NCBI GenBank assembly: GCA_003971905.1
Contig: RSEE01000098.1
Location: forward strand, 186,001-227,569
From: Moniliella sp. 'wahieum'
Lineage: Eukaryota
Length of the DNA: 41,569 nt
Direction of reading: 5' to 3'
The notes beneath the pieces were generated by a model. That model was not told where the DNA came from. It did no database searches and saw only the letters and a list, made by a program, of their open reading frames with translations. Below, piece by piece: positions 1-12,721 of this stretch. The position numbers were made by a program, and so were the translations under genes. Positions within the stretch are counted from its first letter, which is position 1. Each line of letters starts with the position of its first letter.

Positions 1-336
1 GGGGTGCTGCGCTTGGTGAGCCCCACACGGTGCCGATGAAGGTCAGCGGCAAGACGGCGTCGGTCATGTGCCGTCTCGTCCCCGCCCCCCGCGGCACGGG
101 CATTGTTGCTGCCCCGGCCTCGAAGCGTATGCTCCAGCTTGCCGTGTCACCGACTGCTACACCCAGTCGTCCGGCCAGACTGCACCATGGGCAACTTTAT
201 CAAGGCTACGTTTGAGGCGGTGTCCAAGACCTACGGCTTCCTCACCCCCAACCTGTGGAACAACATCCCACCCCCCTCCTACTCCCTTTGTAGTACTCTC
301 GGCCACCTGGCCAAGGCCGCCAAGAAGGCCCTCTAA
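1..336 (+). CDS. RPS2: 40S ribosomal protein S2 (uS5), 3' part, runs off the window start
   Basis: Stitched frames give [79 protein letters not shown], the eukaryotic uS5 C-terminal half. Stop TAA at 334-336. The indels are probably sequencing errors. Confidence 0.95.
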
Positions 337-574
337 GTGGTGTACCGCTTCAATGTCATTTAAAATTCCTTGCCTTGTCTAGGCCCCCCCCCTTTATTAT
401 GTGAACGGCAGATGATAGCTCGTCTGTAGAAATTTCTAGACACGATATATCGACGGATTGAATACGGTTTGCAGGTGCTTCGGGTGGTGAGGATATTGTT
501 TCCTGTGCTCAGCTTGAACTCGCGGTTAGGGTTCGTTGATGGTGGGAGATCCAAGTTGTGTGGGTCGCAAAAAT

Positions 575-660
575 TGGACGAATAGGGAATCGAACCCCAG
601 ACCTCACACAAATGCACAGGTGATGCGAAGCGTGCGCTCTACCAACTGAGCTATCCGCCC
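575..660 (-). tRNA. tRNA-Ala(CGC) with a 13-nt canonical intron (611-623)
   Basis: Reverse complement reads GGGCGGA TA GCTC AGTTGGTA GAGC G CACGC TT CGC A [TCACCTGTGCATT] T GTGTG AGGTC TGGGG TTCGATT CCCTA TTCGTCC A. It forms a full cloverleaf with the G3:U70 alanine determinant and an intron after position 37. A T5 Pol III terminator lies just downstream (569-573). Confidence 0.95.
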
Positions 661-847
661 GGATATAACCTACCAGGCAGATGGCAGTTTATCAGCATGA
701 GCACAGAAAATCATGCTGTTCACCGTGCCAATAGGGTTCGTGCTGGTATCTCCGTTAGAGTGCTACGCATGACGATGACTGGAGGCACCAACCTTCCACG
801 GCCTGCGCTCGGAACCACCTCACCACCACCTTCACTCTTCTAAGAGG

Positions 848-1997
848 ATGAACTTGCACATTGTTGGTGTCGGTTCCGTAGGGGGCCTGTTTGCCTTCTT
901 TGCCAAGCGTGCTCTCCGGTTGGAGGGGGCCCAGCGCTTCCGTTCCCCGGGGGCATCTCTTCCAGGAAAGCACGGTGACCCTGCACTTGAACCGGCCTCC
1001 GCCCCCCTCGGCCATGGCCGCGGATGGGACGGCGACTCTGACGCGTGAACAACCCGATGGAAAGTGGAGAAAGAGAGCGGGTTTCTTCTCGAGCTGTCCC
1101 CGGGGAGACGAGCACGATTGACGTGTTGGTAATTGCACTCAAGTCGGACTTGACCCTGTCCGTTGTCGGTCCCTTGATCCAACGTTTCCGCAAGGCCGAC
1201 CACCCCAATGGTCCCTCGACCGTTGTCTTTCTCCAGAATGGGGTTGGGAACGATGAGTTGTTTCTCTCCCACTTCTTTTCCAGTCCGAACAGCCCGGTGG
1301 GACGGCCGTTTGTGTTTGCTCAACAGCAATAGTCATGGTACGGGACGCAAGGAACCCCTTTGGGTTCGCCACCTCGGCTTCAACCCTTTCACTTTGGCCT
1401 GCCGCGCGCGAAACGGCGGAACGTGCGGGGGGAGAAGAGTCACTGTTTGCCCACTGGAAGGATGCTAGCCCACCGCTGCACTGGAACACAGACGCTGTCA
1501 GACTTGATCCAACTCTTGGCCAGCGCGCCGATGGCTACCCCGGCACTTGCTCAATCACGCTCGAGACTGGGGACAAGTTTGCGCTGCGGGCCCTGCAGAA
1601 ATTGGTGGTCAACTGCTGCGCCAATGCGATTGGTGCCGGTGCACGACGTGAGAATGGGGGTGCTGGATCGGCCGGAGCTGAATGCTCTCCGACAAGAAGT
1701 GACTGTGGAATGTGCTGCGGTGCTGCGTGCGCGTTGGCTTGCTGAGCATCCGGGTACGAGCCAAGTGCCCAAAGATCCAGGTCGAGGCCCTGCACGATGC
1801 TGTGTTCAACCTGATTGATCGCAACCGGATCAACAGGTGAGCATGCTCCAGGACATTTACTCGGGCCGGGGCCGACGGAGATTGACCTGCTTAATGGCAC
1901 CGTTGCCGCTTGGGGCGCCAAATACGGAGTGCCGACACCGTTGAACGACATGCTCATCGCCCAGGTCAAGCAGCGGGCCAAGGAGAGCAAAAAGTGA
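848..1997 (+). CDS. Ketopantoate reductase (PanE/ApbA/PAN5 family), frameshifted in this assembly
   Basis: Motifs in order: N-terminal Rossmann LHIVGVGSVGG, DVLVIALKS, VVFLQNGVG, LQKLVVNCCAN, SMLQD (across a frameshift near 1840), TEIDLLNG and GVPTPLN. Confidence 0.85.
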
Positions 1998-3530
1998 AGG
2001 GATGCGTTGTCGCAAGTGGCACTACTTAGAGGTTATGGCCAACATTCAATGGCCTCCATCCGTACTCCATCCTCACGCGCCTCACGCCCCATCTCGCTGA
2101 CGGTGCGGCTATGGCATGTATTGTGTGCATGGCACAATGACAGGAAGGATGAACGTGATGAACGATGACGCGGATGACGGCGGTTCGATTGGGCAGATCT
2201 CTTGGCATCGTTCGTGGCCGTGGCAAGCTCATGTGTGTCCCAGCCGTAGAATTAAAATGTGGATCGCACAACATGTGCCGAGTGTGGGGATGCATGTGAC
2301 ATGTGAGACCTCTGGCGGCGCCACACTGGGCCACATGCATCGCGAGTTGATCGTCGTGCCCAGCGCCCGAGCAGCATGGCCACGCGTCCCACCTCAGACC
2401 TGTCGCAGCTCTGGCGAGGCGAGGCGCTGCTGGCTGGAGAGTGGCGAGCACAGGCGAGAGCGAGTCGAGTGACTTTCACTGGGCTGGCAGCCGACCAGTC
2501 GATCGCCGGCGGCCATGTGGCCGGGAAGCCGAGCCACCGCCCGCCATCTGCCGGCTCAGCACGCACTCCACTGCGCCCCAGACCACGCCAGTAAGAGGCT
2601 CGACTTGGTGGGCACACGCGCCTCGCCGCTCGCCGCTCGTGTCGCCTCGTACCCTCGCTCGCGCCCCGCAGCCTCGTGCGGCTGAGCGCTGGAGAGGCTG
2701 AGCGCTTGGCGCTCAGCGCGCCGCCTTGGCGTCTGCCCGGCACAGCCCCTCAACGTCATGCCCAGCCACACACATGGCCGCCAAGACTGGCGCCCATGTG
2801 GCGACGAGGTGTTGCATGTTGCAGGCCAGCCGCTGGCCTCCGGCTGGCCCTCACGCCTCCCGTTGCGACGCCAGGTCCGGTGCCTCGCGCCCTGCCGCTG
2901 CCGCCGCATGCGGCCATGCACGGCGTCATGGATCATCCTCCGTCCTATCGTAGCCGCCCCGCCCACCGCAGGGCACCCCTCTCCCCTGGAAGGCACGCCC
3001 TGCCGCTCGTCTCGCATCTCAGATCTTATCGCATCCCTGTTTGTCGGGCGGTTGGCGTGCTGCCCGGGGGCACGATCCTGCATGCAGGGCAGGGCAGGCA
3101 AGCCATGGCAGATACCAGGTGCTTCGGAGGTTCGGGCACGAGGTTCACGCCTGTTCTGCGCCTCGCCATGATGCGCAGGAGCTACGATACCCTCCCCTCA
3201 GGCCCTACCGCCGGCCCCGAAGGCGCACGAGTCGCTACTGAGGTTGGGGCGCGGTGGGCAGCGTGTGCCGGCCAGCATGGATCCCACCAACACACCATGC
3301 GTTGAGCCACACCCCCCTCCCTACTCCGGGCTCACCTGCGCACCAGAGTGGCATGGAGTACAGCAAGGCATCAAGTCAACCGGACAGAGGGCCCCGTTCC
3401 CTCTCGACCAGGGCGATGGCTACTTAAACACCCCATCCTGTCCCAGTAGCGTCATTTCCTCACCATCCCTCTTCCCCCTCCACCTCTCTACGCCCTTCCT
3501 CACACACTCTCTCCACGCTAACGACCCGTC

Positions 3531-5095
3531 ATGCAACTTACTTCCAACTTCCTCGCTCTTTCGGCTCTGCTCGGCGCGCTGGCCGTGTCCGCTCAGCCTA
3601 CGGCCGCCACGGCCAGAAATCCCCATGAAGCGCGGCGTTCGCGGCAACCTTCTCGATTCGAATGGCCATGTGTCGTACGAGAAGATCGCCAAGGAGGTCG
3701 ACCACCTGCGGCCAAGTACGTCCGCAACATGAAGGCCTACGAGGCCAACACGGGCTCCAAGCATGCGATGGACGCCCTCCACCTTCTTTCGCCGGCCCAG
3801 CGCCGTGGAACGGGAAGCGTGTCGCTTACCGACACGGAGAACCAGGAACTGTGGGTGGGCAACATTGGCTTCGGCACGCCTGTGCAGCAGATTCCCATTG
3901 GTACGTTTACCTCTCCCTATTCTCCGCTTTATATCTCAACACTGACATGATAATTTTGGACCAGACTTCGACACTGGTTCGTCCGACACGCTCGTCAACC
4001 CGTCGGCTTACTCGCCGTCCAAGTCGAGCAGCTCGAAGGACACCCACACCACCTTCCAGGACTCGTACGGCGACGGCACCACCGCCTCGGGTGAGGTCTA
4101 CTCGGACAAGCTGAGCATTGGTGGTCTGACGGCCAACACGGCGTACATTGGCCTTTCGCAGCAACAGTTCATTAAGAACGAAGGTTCGAGCCAAGGCATC
4201 ATGGTATGGCTTTCCCTCGCTCGCCTCCTTCCAGCAAAAGGAGCCCTACTTCTTCTCCCTGATCAAGGCCAACGCGGTGGATGCGCAGGCTTTCCAGATG
4301 AAGCTCCGCAAGCAGGGTTCTACGCTTACCCTCGGCGCGCCAGGCGCCACCTACACGCCGGTTACCGATGCTGCCTACTGGTCCGTCTCGGGCTCCATCA
4401 GCCACGGGGGCTCCGGCAGCTCCAAGAAGGACAAGGCCCGCGCCCGTAAGAACCGCCGCCAGTTTGGTTCCGACTCTGGCTGGGACGATGGCTCGTACGG
4501 ATCGGAGGGCTCGGAGGCTCGTACGGTCGGGTTCGTACGGCTCTGGTTCGTACGGCTCGGGCTCGTACGGCTCTGGTTCGTACGGTTACGGCTCGTACGG
4601 ATCGGGCTCGTACGGCTCGGGCTCGTACGGCTCGGGCTCGTACGGTTCGGGTTCCGGCTCGTACCCTGGATCTGGCTCGTACGGTGGTTCGGGCTCGACC
4701 GGTGCCGGCTCTGGCGGTGCTGCTCTGGCTGCTCCGGTTCCGGCAACGGGAGCCAGGTCAACGGCATCATCGACTCGGGCACGACGCTGATTGTTGCGCC
4801 TACGAGCGATGCGCAGGCGCTCTTCTCTTCGATGGGCCTCAAGACGTCCAACCAGCAGGGCCAGTTGACTGCGACGTACCCTTGCTCGCAGCAGCCCAAC
4901 GTGAGCTTCACCTTTGGCGGCAAGACCATCCCGCTCGGCGACACGACCTCGTTCGGTACCGCGTCGGACGGCTCGTGTGTGTTTGCGGTGGTCGGTGCCG
5001 ATGTGGGCAGCGCTGGCTGGATCGTGGGCGACCCGCTGTTCCAGCAGACGACGGTCACCTTTGACGTTGGCGGCAAGCGCGTCGGCTTTGACTAA
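3531..5095 (+). CDS. Secreted pepsin-like (A1) aspartic protease with an internal low-complexity insertion; intron 3901-3964
   Basis: Signal peptide MQLTSNFLALSALLGALAVSA, then a propeptide. GFGTPVQQIPI|DFDTGSSD spans a GTACGT..CTGAC..CAG intron. Flap SYGDG, second catalytic motif IIDSGTT, and C-terminal WIVGDPLFQQTTVTFDVGGKRVGF. Confidence 0.92.
4490..4690 (+). repeat. 15-bp coding tandem repeat (GGCTCGTACGGCTCG; Gly-Ser-Tyr-Gly-Ser), about 12 units
   Basis: TCGTAC recurs 12 times, mostly at 15-bp spacing, with third-position variation. Confidence 0.9.
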
Positions 5096-5795
5096 GTGTC
5101 CTCTTTCCGGCATGCGATCCGTCGCTTCATCGGGCCGGGTCCTCCACTACTTACGACAGATAGACGCTGGACCCCCCTCTGCCCCTCTCGCTCTTATTGT
5201 CTCTTCTCTCTTCTCGCTCTCTTGTTGCTTTCCTGGCTCTCCACTCTCTTGATGGGATGGTTGGCCACATTAATGCAAAAGCTTGTTGCATCGTATCCGT
5301 GGGTATAACCGGTAACCCCGCTTTTTATAGACACCGTTCGTGGGGTGCTCATCGATCGCGCTCATCGGGAGCAGATATTGGGAACGACAGGCGCATTAGT
5401 AGTCAGTGCCCCGACTCGACGCGAAATCGAGGCAATATACCGGACACCCCGGTGAAAACACTCTAGGGATGGGCATCGGAGAGACAGTCGGTGGCGGTGG
5501 GGGGAGGGACAGAATTGGCTGTTGTAGAGAGAGACTCGTAGTTTGTCTCTCTTGCACATCGCATGCCTGCGGGTAGGAAGCAAGGCGGTTGCCACCCCGC
5601 GTCAGTAGCTATAGGTTGATTTCCCCAGGGGCTGGCTATTCGTGATCGAGTTATCGTTCTCGGTTACTTCTACGTTATGATGAGGCTATCCATGGATAGC
5701 ATCAACACGACCGCGACGACTACTACCACAGCTGAGTAGATAATAACACAAACATCATATATCGACCATTTTTTTGCAGTTGCCAGCACAGAGCC

Positions 5796-8700
5796 TCAAG
5801 CCTCCTCCATCTCCTCATCTTCATCCTCCTCCTCCTCCTCGCTGCTCTCTTCTCCCTCGGCAACGACGAGAGAGGGGAGCGGCAAGACCCGGTCCGCTCC
5901 TTGGTACGAGTCGCAGACCAGGTAGAGCTGCAGCCGGTCATGCGTGCCGGCAGGCAGGCTGAACTCGAGCCGGACCGAAAGCGACTTGCCCACCATGGCC
6001 ACCCGCTTAATCCCGAGCAAACTTTGCTGCCTGGGTCGCCAACGAGGAGCCACCAATGGACAAGTTTGCGCTGGGAGAAGGGCGCAACGGCCAGGCCATC
6101 ATCCTCTTCTTCTTCTTCTTCTTCCTCCTCTTCTTCCTCCTCGTCGCCCTTTTGTACCGTGACACGCATCACCACCGGCTCGGACGAGCTCAGCTCCTCC
6201 TGATCAGCAATCTCAAACGCCATCTCGAGGTAGGGGAACGTATTGGTAAATGAGCCACCGCATTGAGCTGCTTGAGATCCATGCGCAGGAGATCGTCCCG
6301 TTCCTTCTCCTCCATCTCTGCCAGCGCATCCGCCAGCTCATACACATCCGTAATCTTGCGTGCTTGGCAGCGTTCAATGGTACCCGCGTCAAAGAAGGGG
6401 ACTTGGCGCAGCGGCGAGTCGCGTTCCCACACCGCCTGCACACACATCTGGGCCAATTCCATGGCCAGAATGGCTTTGAGGTGCGCATTGGAACTCATCA
6501 CGTCCACCGCGCGCTGAGGAGCGTGATGATCTTGCCCAGGATCATCTTCTGGTCCAATGCCAGGTCGGTGGGAAGCGTGAGGCGGGCAAAGTGGGCTTGC
6601 AGCAGGACAAAGCCTTGTGGTACGGGTTGAGGAAACTGATCTTGTCCAGCTTATACGGCACACGGTTGTAGATCCGCCGCAACACAATCTCCTCGTGCTG
6701 GCGGATGGGCAGGTCATCAAACTCGGCGGCACTGGTGATGATCTCGAGCAAGTGCCGCATCTTGGTCGCTCATTCAGTGACAAGTTGAACACATCCACCG
6801 TCAAGTACGACACATTGTAGAAGCTGGCAATCATGCCCAAGTTGAGCGGGAAATGTCCACTTCGTTTTCGATCGCGATGCACTTGCTCTCCTCCAAGTCG
6901 CCCAGGGTGTTTTCCACCAGCTCCGACAGGTAGTCCGACAAGTGGTCGCGCGAGCGGCCTTGGCAGCGGTACGCTTGCGGGTTCTGCTGCAGTCGACGGA
7001 ACATGAGCGTCCAGGTAAGAATGTCGACGGCTTCTTGTTTGTTTTCGACCGTGCGGGCCACAACCTCGGCATTGAAAAGTCGTGAGCATACTCGTACAAC
7101 CTAGACTCGAGCGGGTAGGCCTCGGTCAAGAATTTGCGGAAGAAGTCCTTGCGCGTGGCCTGGGCCAGCAGGAGCGCTTTGGACGCGCCCCCTCGGAGAA
7201 GGCAAGGTACTCTTCCCCACCATTTGCAGTACCTCAGGCACAGTGTAGTCGACGTAGCGGTGCTCCTTGCCCTCGTACGCCTGAAGGAGAGCAGGATGAC
7301 CAAGTGCGCAGAAAATGGCATGCTCCACACCGTTTCCTTGCTGGCCAGCACCACCTGGATCGCCCCGAGCTGAACAGCTGTTCGACCAACCCTCCGGTCC
7401 CGCTCCGACATACCCTCGTAGTACAGCCCAATTCCTTGCGGAAGCGTCTCTTTCAAATCCGGGTCATCGACAGTGACCAGGCGCGGCATCAACGTCGCCT
7501 CGAGGTCCGCTGAGTCAATGTGGAGGAACGGAGAGGGAGGAGGAGCGAGGTCCCCATCGTTGCTTCCTGGATCGGCAGCTGCGTCGGCGTCAGCCTGGAC
7601 GTACGTCAGCAGGTCCGTCGCCGTCGCCTTGGCCTGCTTGCGGCTGGGCACAAACAGCAGCGCCGGCTGGTCGCCCGCCTGCTCCAACAGCGCCAGGTAC
7701 GCCGGCTTGGCCATCGCCAGCATCATCGATGGGTAATGCGGGATGGAGAAGGACTGCACTGAACCTCGAGCGGCGTAGGCCGCGAAGCCGGGGAGAAGTT
7801 GAAGCGTGCCTGTGCATTCGTCACGCCCAGCCAGTCGCTGACGTCCTTTGCGTTCGCCAGTGGCACGCTCAACGCGACAATGCGCATCGGACGGCCCGTC
7901 TGGGCGGCCACAAAACGAGCCCGAGCAAGCACCACCTCGTACGTCGGCCCCACCTTCCAGTCCCCCACCAGGTGCACATCGTCCGCAATGTACAGCTCGA
8001 CGAGCTGCACATGTTTCCGCTGCCGCCACCGACGCGACAGCACGTCCCACTGCGTCGGCGTACACACCACCACGTCCGCCGCCTCAAGCGTACGCCGGCA
8101 CTGGTCTCTCCGGACAGAGGGAGATGGTTTTGCCGCCTTGGTACGTCCCAAACTTGCTCTTCCACTCCTTGATCCGCGGCGCGACCATGCTCTCAAACGG
8201 AACGAGACAGACAAGTGCCCCCGCTCGGCATCGGGATCGTCCTTCAAGGCAAGCGCTTGCTTGCGCCACGATCGGACCATGGCCAGTTCCGCACACACCG
8301 TCTTTCCACTCCCGGCCGGGCAGCGACAGAGTCGTGTCGTCCGTGTCAAAGAGTGTGTGGTGCGTTTGGGACTGGATCTTGTTGAGGTGCGGGAAGAGCT
8401 GCGTGTACACTTGGCGCAGGTGGGCGTCCTTGAGCGTCGCCAGCGACTGATCCTCCAGTCCAAGAAGCACCGTGTGCGCTTCAAACTTGTCGGGCAAAAT
8501 CAAGTTGAGGAACGAGATGGGCAAGCGCGTCTCCGAGTGGAGCCAGCGGTCCTCACAACGCTGATGTAGTAGTTGGGCGGAGTGGGGTCGGTCAGGGGGA
8601 TGGTAAAGGTGACCGTGTGCGGGTCTTCGGCGTATTTGGCCAGGAGGACAAACGTGTCGTGGTACAACACCATCTCGCCATCGCAGTCCTCGACCAGGAT

Positions 8701-11700
8701 GTGGAACAGCTGCGCCCCGCCGTGCACGACAGGGTCCCACATAAAGTCGGGTGTCAGCGTGAGTTGGACATGAGAAGCGAGCGGGTGATGGGCTGGAAAA
8801 ACGCCTGCAGCTCCAGGCGAGGGAACTGGTTGACCAGCTTATGGAGCAAGCGCCCGGCCTTGGGAAGATTGACCAGCTCCCCCAGCTCGTTCGGCTCGAG
8901 GTCCCGCAGCCGGTTCCACGGTACTCCTTCGCTCGAGCCGGCGGATGAGCTCGGGCGGGACATGCGGGTACTGCCGGAGAGGCGTCATCGACCCCCACAT
9001 GCGATGCTGCGTCATCTTGCACAGGTCGAGGCCAGGCGCGCCAGACGCGCGTACCCGCGCTTGACGCAGATCTCAAACAGCGCCCGGAGGATTCCGTCCG
9101 GCGCTCTGCGTCACGTAACCATGTCGGCCGCCAAGACGTAGCCATCGAGCTTCAGCTGGCTGATCCACGCCTGGAGCAGCACGTTGATTTTGGCCACTGG
9201 GTCCTCAACCGTCTCCTTGACCGGCACAGGCACGCGCTCCAGCAGCTTGCCCATCTCCAGCTTCTCGTCCTGCCGCACCACTTGGAACTTGAACTCGTCC
9301 GAGAGAGCAAAGATGCGCAGGAGCTCAATCATGCCGAGTAGGGCTTGAGCTGGGTGTTGTAGGTGGCCATGCTGGTGTGGGCAATTAGAAGTGCGAGGCG
9401 ATGCGGCCAACGTCGTTGGTGGTGAAGGTGCCGCGCTTGCGGTCGTAGGCGATCATCCCACTCTTCTCGAGCAGCGCGGCGGCCGAGTGAACAATGTCGG
9501 CGCGCTTCTGCTCGAGGAACGGATCGTCTTCCATATAGTCGGCCGTGACCGAGTACAGACAGGCGTGCGGAGCATACGGACATAGAGGTACGTGTACCCC
9601 AACCACGCACCCCTCGTCCCGGTTGCGCACCGTGCCCAGCACAATCTCTGCATTCAGATTGTCCGCGAGCGCGAGACAAACTGCGACTCGATGGGGAGCT
9701 GCTCATTGAGCAGCTGAGGTAGTAGCCCAGCTCGGTGTGGTTCGTGATGATGATGCCCTCTCCGAACGTGTCGTACTGCGGCCGCCCGGCACGCCCCAGC
9801 ATCTGCAGCATATCCTGAGTCGACAGTTCCACCCACCGTCCCTTCTCGGGGTACACCTGCGTGCCCTTGATGATGACAGTGTGGGCGGGCAAGTTGACAC
9901 CCCATGCCTACAAACAAACGAGTCAGCGTGCAATCCATGACAAAAAAAGAGAGGTCAAAACGTACCAGCGTCGCCGTCGAGACGAGCACCTTCAACACGC
10001 CCTTCCGGAACAGCTCCTCCACCAAGTCGCGGTCGGCGCGGGCCATACCTGCGTGGTGGATGCCAAACCCATATGGATCAGTTCGCGCAATTCGGGATCA
10101 GCCACCAGAGGCTCGCCTTGGTCTCCAGTCCCATTGGATAGGTCCAGCAGCATCTGCCTTGTCCCTGCGGCTCAATCGGGAGGAAGCGAGCCAGCTCATC
10201 CTTCTCGGTAGCCGTCTTTGATATGCCTCGCCGTCTTTCCCGTTTCCTTGCGTGAGTGGACAAAGATAAGAACTTGGTTATCCACCACATGTCTGAGGTC
10301 TTTTCGTACGTCGCCTCGTTCATCACGTGCAGCCGCTTGATCGCTTTGGTCGCCTTGATGCCCACATACAGCTGGGCGAGAGGGGCGGGACGGTAGGAGC
10401 CGTCAAAGTAGAACAGTCCCTTGGAAGGGTTGACACGCAAAAACGTCGCCACATCCCGATAGTTGGGTAGTGTGGCCGACAATCCCACCAGCCGCACCGG
10501 TTCACCCACATGCTCCATCCGCCGAATCGTGCGGGCCACAATCGCTTCCAACGGGACCGCGGTCGTCGTGCAAGAGATGGATCTCGTCAATGATCATGAG
10601 GCGCACGAGGTTGGTGTAGGACGTGTCGGAAGACTTGCGGCTGACCACATCCCATTTTTCTGGCGTGGTCACAATGACATGGGTCTCGGCGATTTGGGCT
10701 TTGGTCAACTGGCTATCACCCGTCAACTCATTGACCACGATCCCATAGGGGGCAAGTCGTTCGCGGAAGCCCTGGGCCTGTTCGGCGACAAGGGCCTTCA
10801 TGGGGCAACATAGACCATCTTGCAGGCTGCCAGGTCAAACGTGTCGGTCGCCGGATCGCGCCATTTCTCCACTCATGAAGAATGGTGAGCATCGCCACAT
10901 TGGTCTTACCCGCACCCGTAGGCGCACAGAGCAGCATGGGCTCGTCCGACCTGAACGCAATGGGATAGCACTTGCTTTGCACCGGGTTCAACCGGGACGC
11001 GGTGGGGAAGGCCTTGTGGGTCCAAGGGGGCATACTCGCAATCGGCACCAGCTCCTTCTCTCCTACCGTGCGCTTGATGGGAGCGGGCACATGGATCTCC
11101 TCCCATGCGGGTTTATCTTTGCGGATCGTATTGGCGGGTAGCTTGGTGGGCGTTGAGGGCTTGAGCCGCGCGCCCTCAGCAAACGCCATAGCGCTTAGGT
11201 CGACCACTTTGCGTGGCTGAACCATCGTTCCTGGCTTCAACGTGGCGCGGGCTGTCAGCCGGCGCGCACGCTCAGCTGCCTCGGGCCGAGCGAAGCCCCC
11301 TTTTCCTGCGCCCCTCCGCGAAGCGCTTTGAGAATCGAACCGAATCCGCCTTCGCGCATGGCAACCTCAACATTCACGCGCTCGTCTTCGTCGGCACGTG
11401 CGAGGCGGGTGCACCATACGATCACCTCCCTGTTGGCCGTAAGGAGCTTGACGATGGGCAAGTGGTCATAGTCAAACAAATCCATCAACTCGTTCTCCAC
11501 ATCCCGCACGCTCGTCTCTGGCCCAGGATCGATAATGCAGTATCTGCCTTCTCTGACGCTTCGTTCTCGTCCGCGTAAACCGTTCCGAGTAGACGTTGCA
11601 AGTAAAACGCATCCACCTCTGATGGCTGCACGGTCGACTTGTCCTTCCCCTCGAATTCGCGAGAGCCATGGGAACCAATGACCAGTCCTTCCTGATCAGG

Positions 11701-12501
11701 CTCCTTCTCTTCACCATCCAGGTCGACCTGTTGATCTGGGGATGCCTCTTCCTCTTCCTCTTCTGGTTCGTCATCTTCATCGTCATCGTCATCGGTCAAG
11801 CGTTCGTGGTAGACCTCGCTCTCGCCATCGCTAGCTTCCTCCTCGTCGCGGTCAAACATGACCGCCACACGGGTATCCTCTTCCACCGGCGCATCATCTG
11901 GTGCGGCCGAGGTGGGGTCGGGCTCGTCATAGTCAAACAGTTTCTTGCTCAATGCCAAGAGCTGGGTGTACACGTCGGAGGAAACGTCCGTGTCGACTGC
12001 CTCGGAGATCTGAGCACGCTTGGCATGGTCCTGCAGCTCGGGGTCTTGAGGGTCTGGATGACCAAGTCGGCACCGGAGCGGACAACGTCGGAAGGCATGT
12101 CGCCCACAAGACGGTGCACGAGTGCCAGCAGCAGCTCGTACGTCGTGTTTCGGCGGTGGGGGGGCGGGGGGGAGGCGCTCCTCCGGTGGCAGCGAGCACG
12201 TCGGTGGGCCCGCGCGGGGCGCGGCGGCGGCGCGCTTGGCGGGCGGCGGGCCGGCAGGGGCGGAGTCCTGGTTCGGCTGGCGCTCGAGCGCGCGCGCGCG
12301 TTTCTTTTCCAGGTCCTGGATGCCCTCGCGGCCGGCACGGCTGCCCATCGCGCGCGGGTCGATGCGGCCGACCAGCGACTCGGCCTCGCCGGTGGGCTCG
12401 TGCTGGCGGCGGCCGATGAGGGAGCGGTCGGCGGTGGTGACCTGGCTCGACAGGGCCGAGTACTGGTACCCGGCCAGGTCCACCGTCTTCTTGGGCGGCA
12501 T
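5796..12501 (-). CDS. BRR2: U5 snRNP 200-kDa RNA helicase Brr2 (two Ski2-like/Sec63 cassettes); intron 9908-9965
   Basis: N-terminal [38 protein letters not shown]. Cassette 1: [55 protein letters not shown]. Cassette 2: [17 protein letters not shown]. Sec63-type C-terminus [12 protein letters not shown] and an acidic tail. Many single-base indels. Confidence 0.95.
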
Positions 12502-12572
12502 GGGGTGGCGGTGGTGGGGTGGCGGGGGGGGGGGGGCGGCGTGCATGCCGGCTGGGCAGAGAAGGGGGCGGG

Positions 12573-12584
12573 GCTGACGTCAGC
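12573..12584. promoter_or_regulatory. Perfect 12-bp palindrome containing a CRE/ATF site (TGACGTCA) about 75 bp upstream of BRR2
   Basis: GCTGACGTCAGC lies in the 220-bp gap between the HPC2 stop and the BRR2 start. Function is inferred only. Confidence 0.35.
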
Positions 12585-12721
12585 GGGGGGCGCTGGGCGT
12601 TATGTCAGCGGCGGGCGTGGCGTGTGGCAGGGGCGGTGAAATGTACGAATGGGCGATGCTCTACGGACTACTCGTATGACACTCGGAGCAATGCGCATTC
12701 GGAGGGATAAACGCTCACTAG

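Noticed and set aside
2026..3500. Overlapping Arg/Pro-rich ORFs upstream of the protease
   Set aside because: No domain signal. Composition fits a GC-rich promoter or intergenic region.
5464..5600. hAT-like TIR TAGGGATGGGCA
   Set aside because: No convincing matching inverted end or 8-bp TSD nearby.
5796..12501. BRR2 (and RPS2) as pseudogenes or programmed frameshifting
   Set aside because: These are essential genes with intact motifs and scattered single-base indels, which is typical of long-read error.
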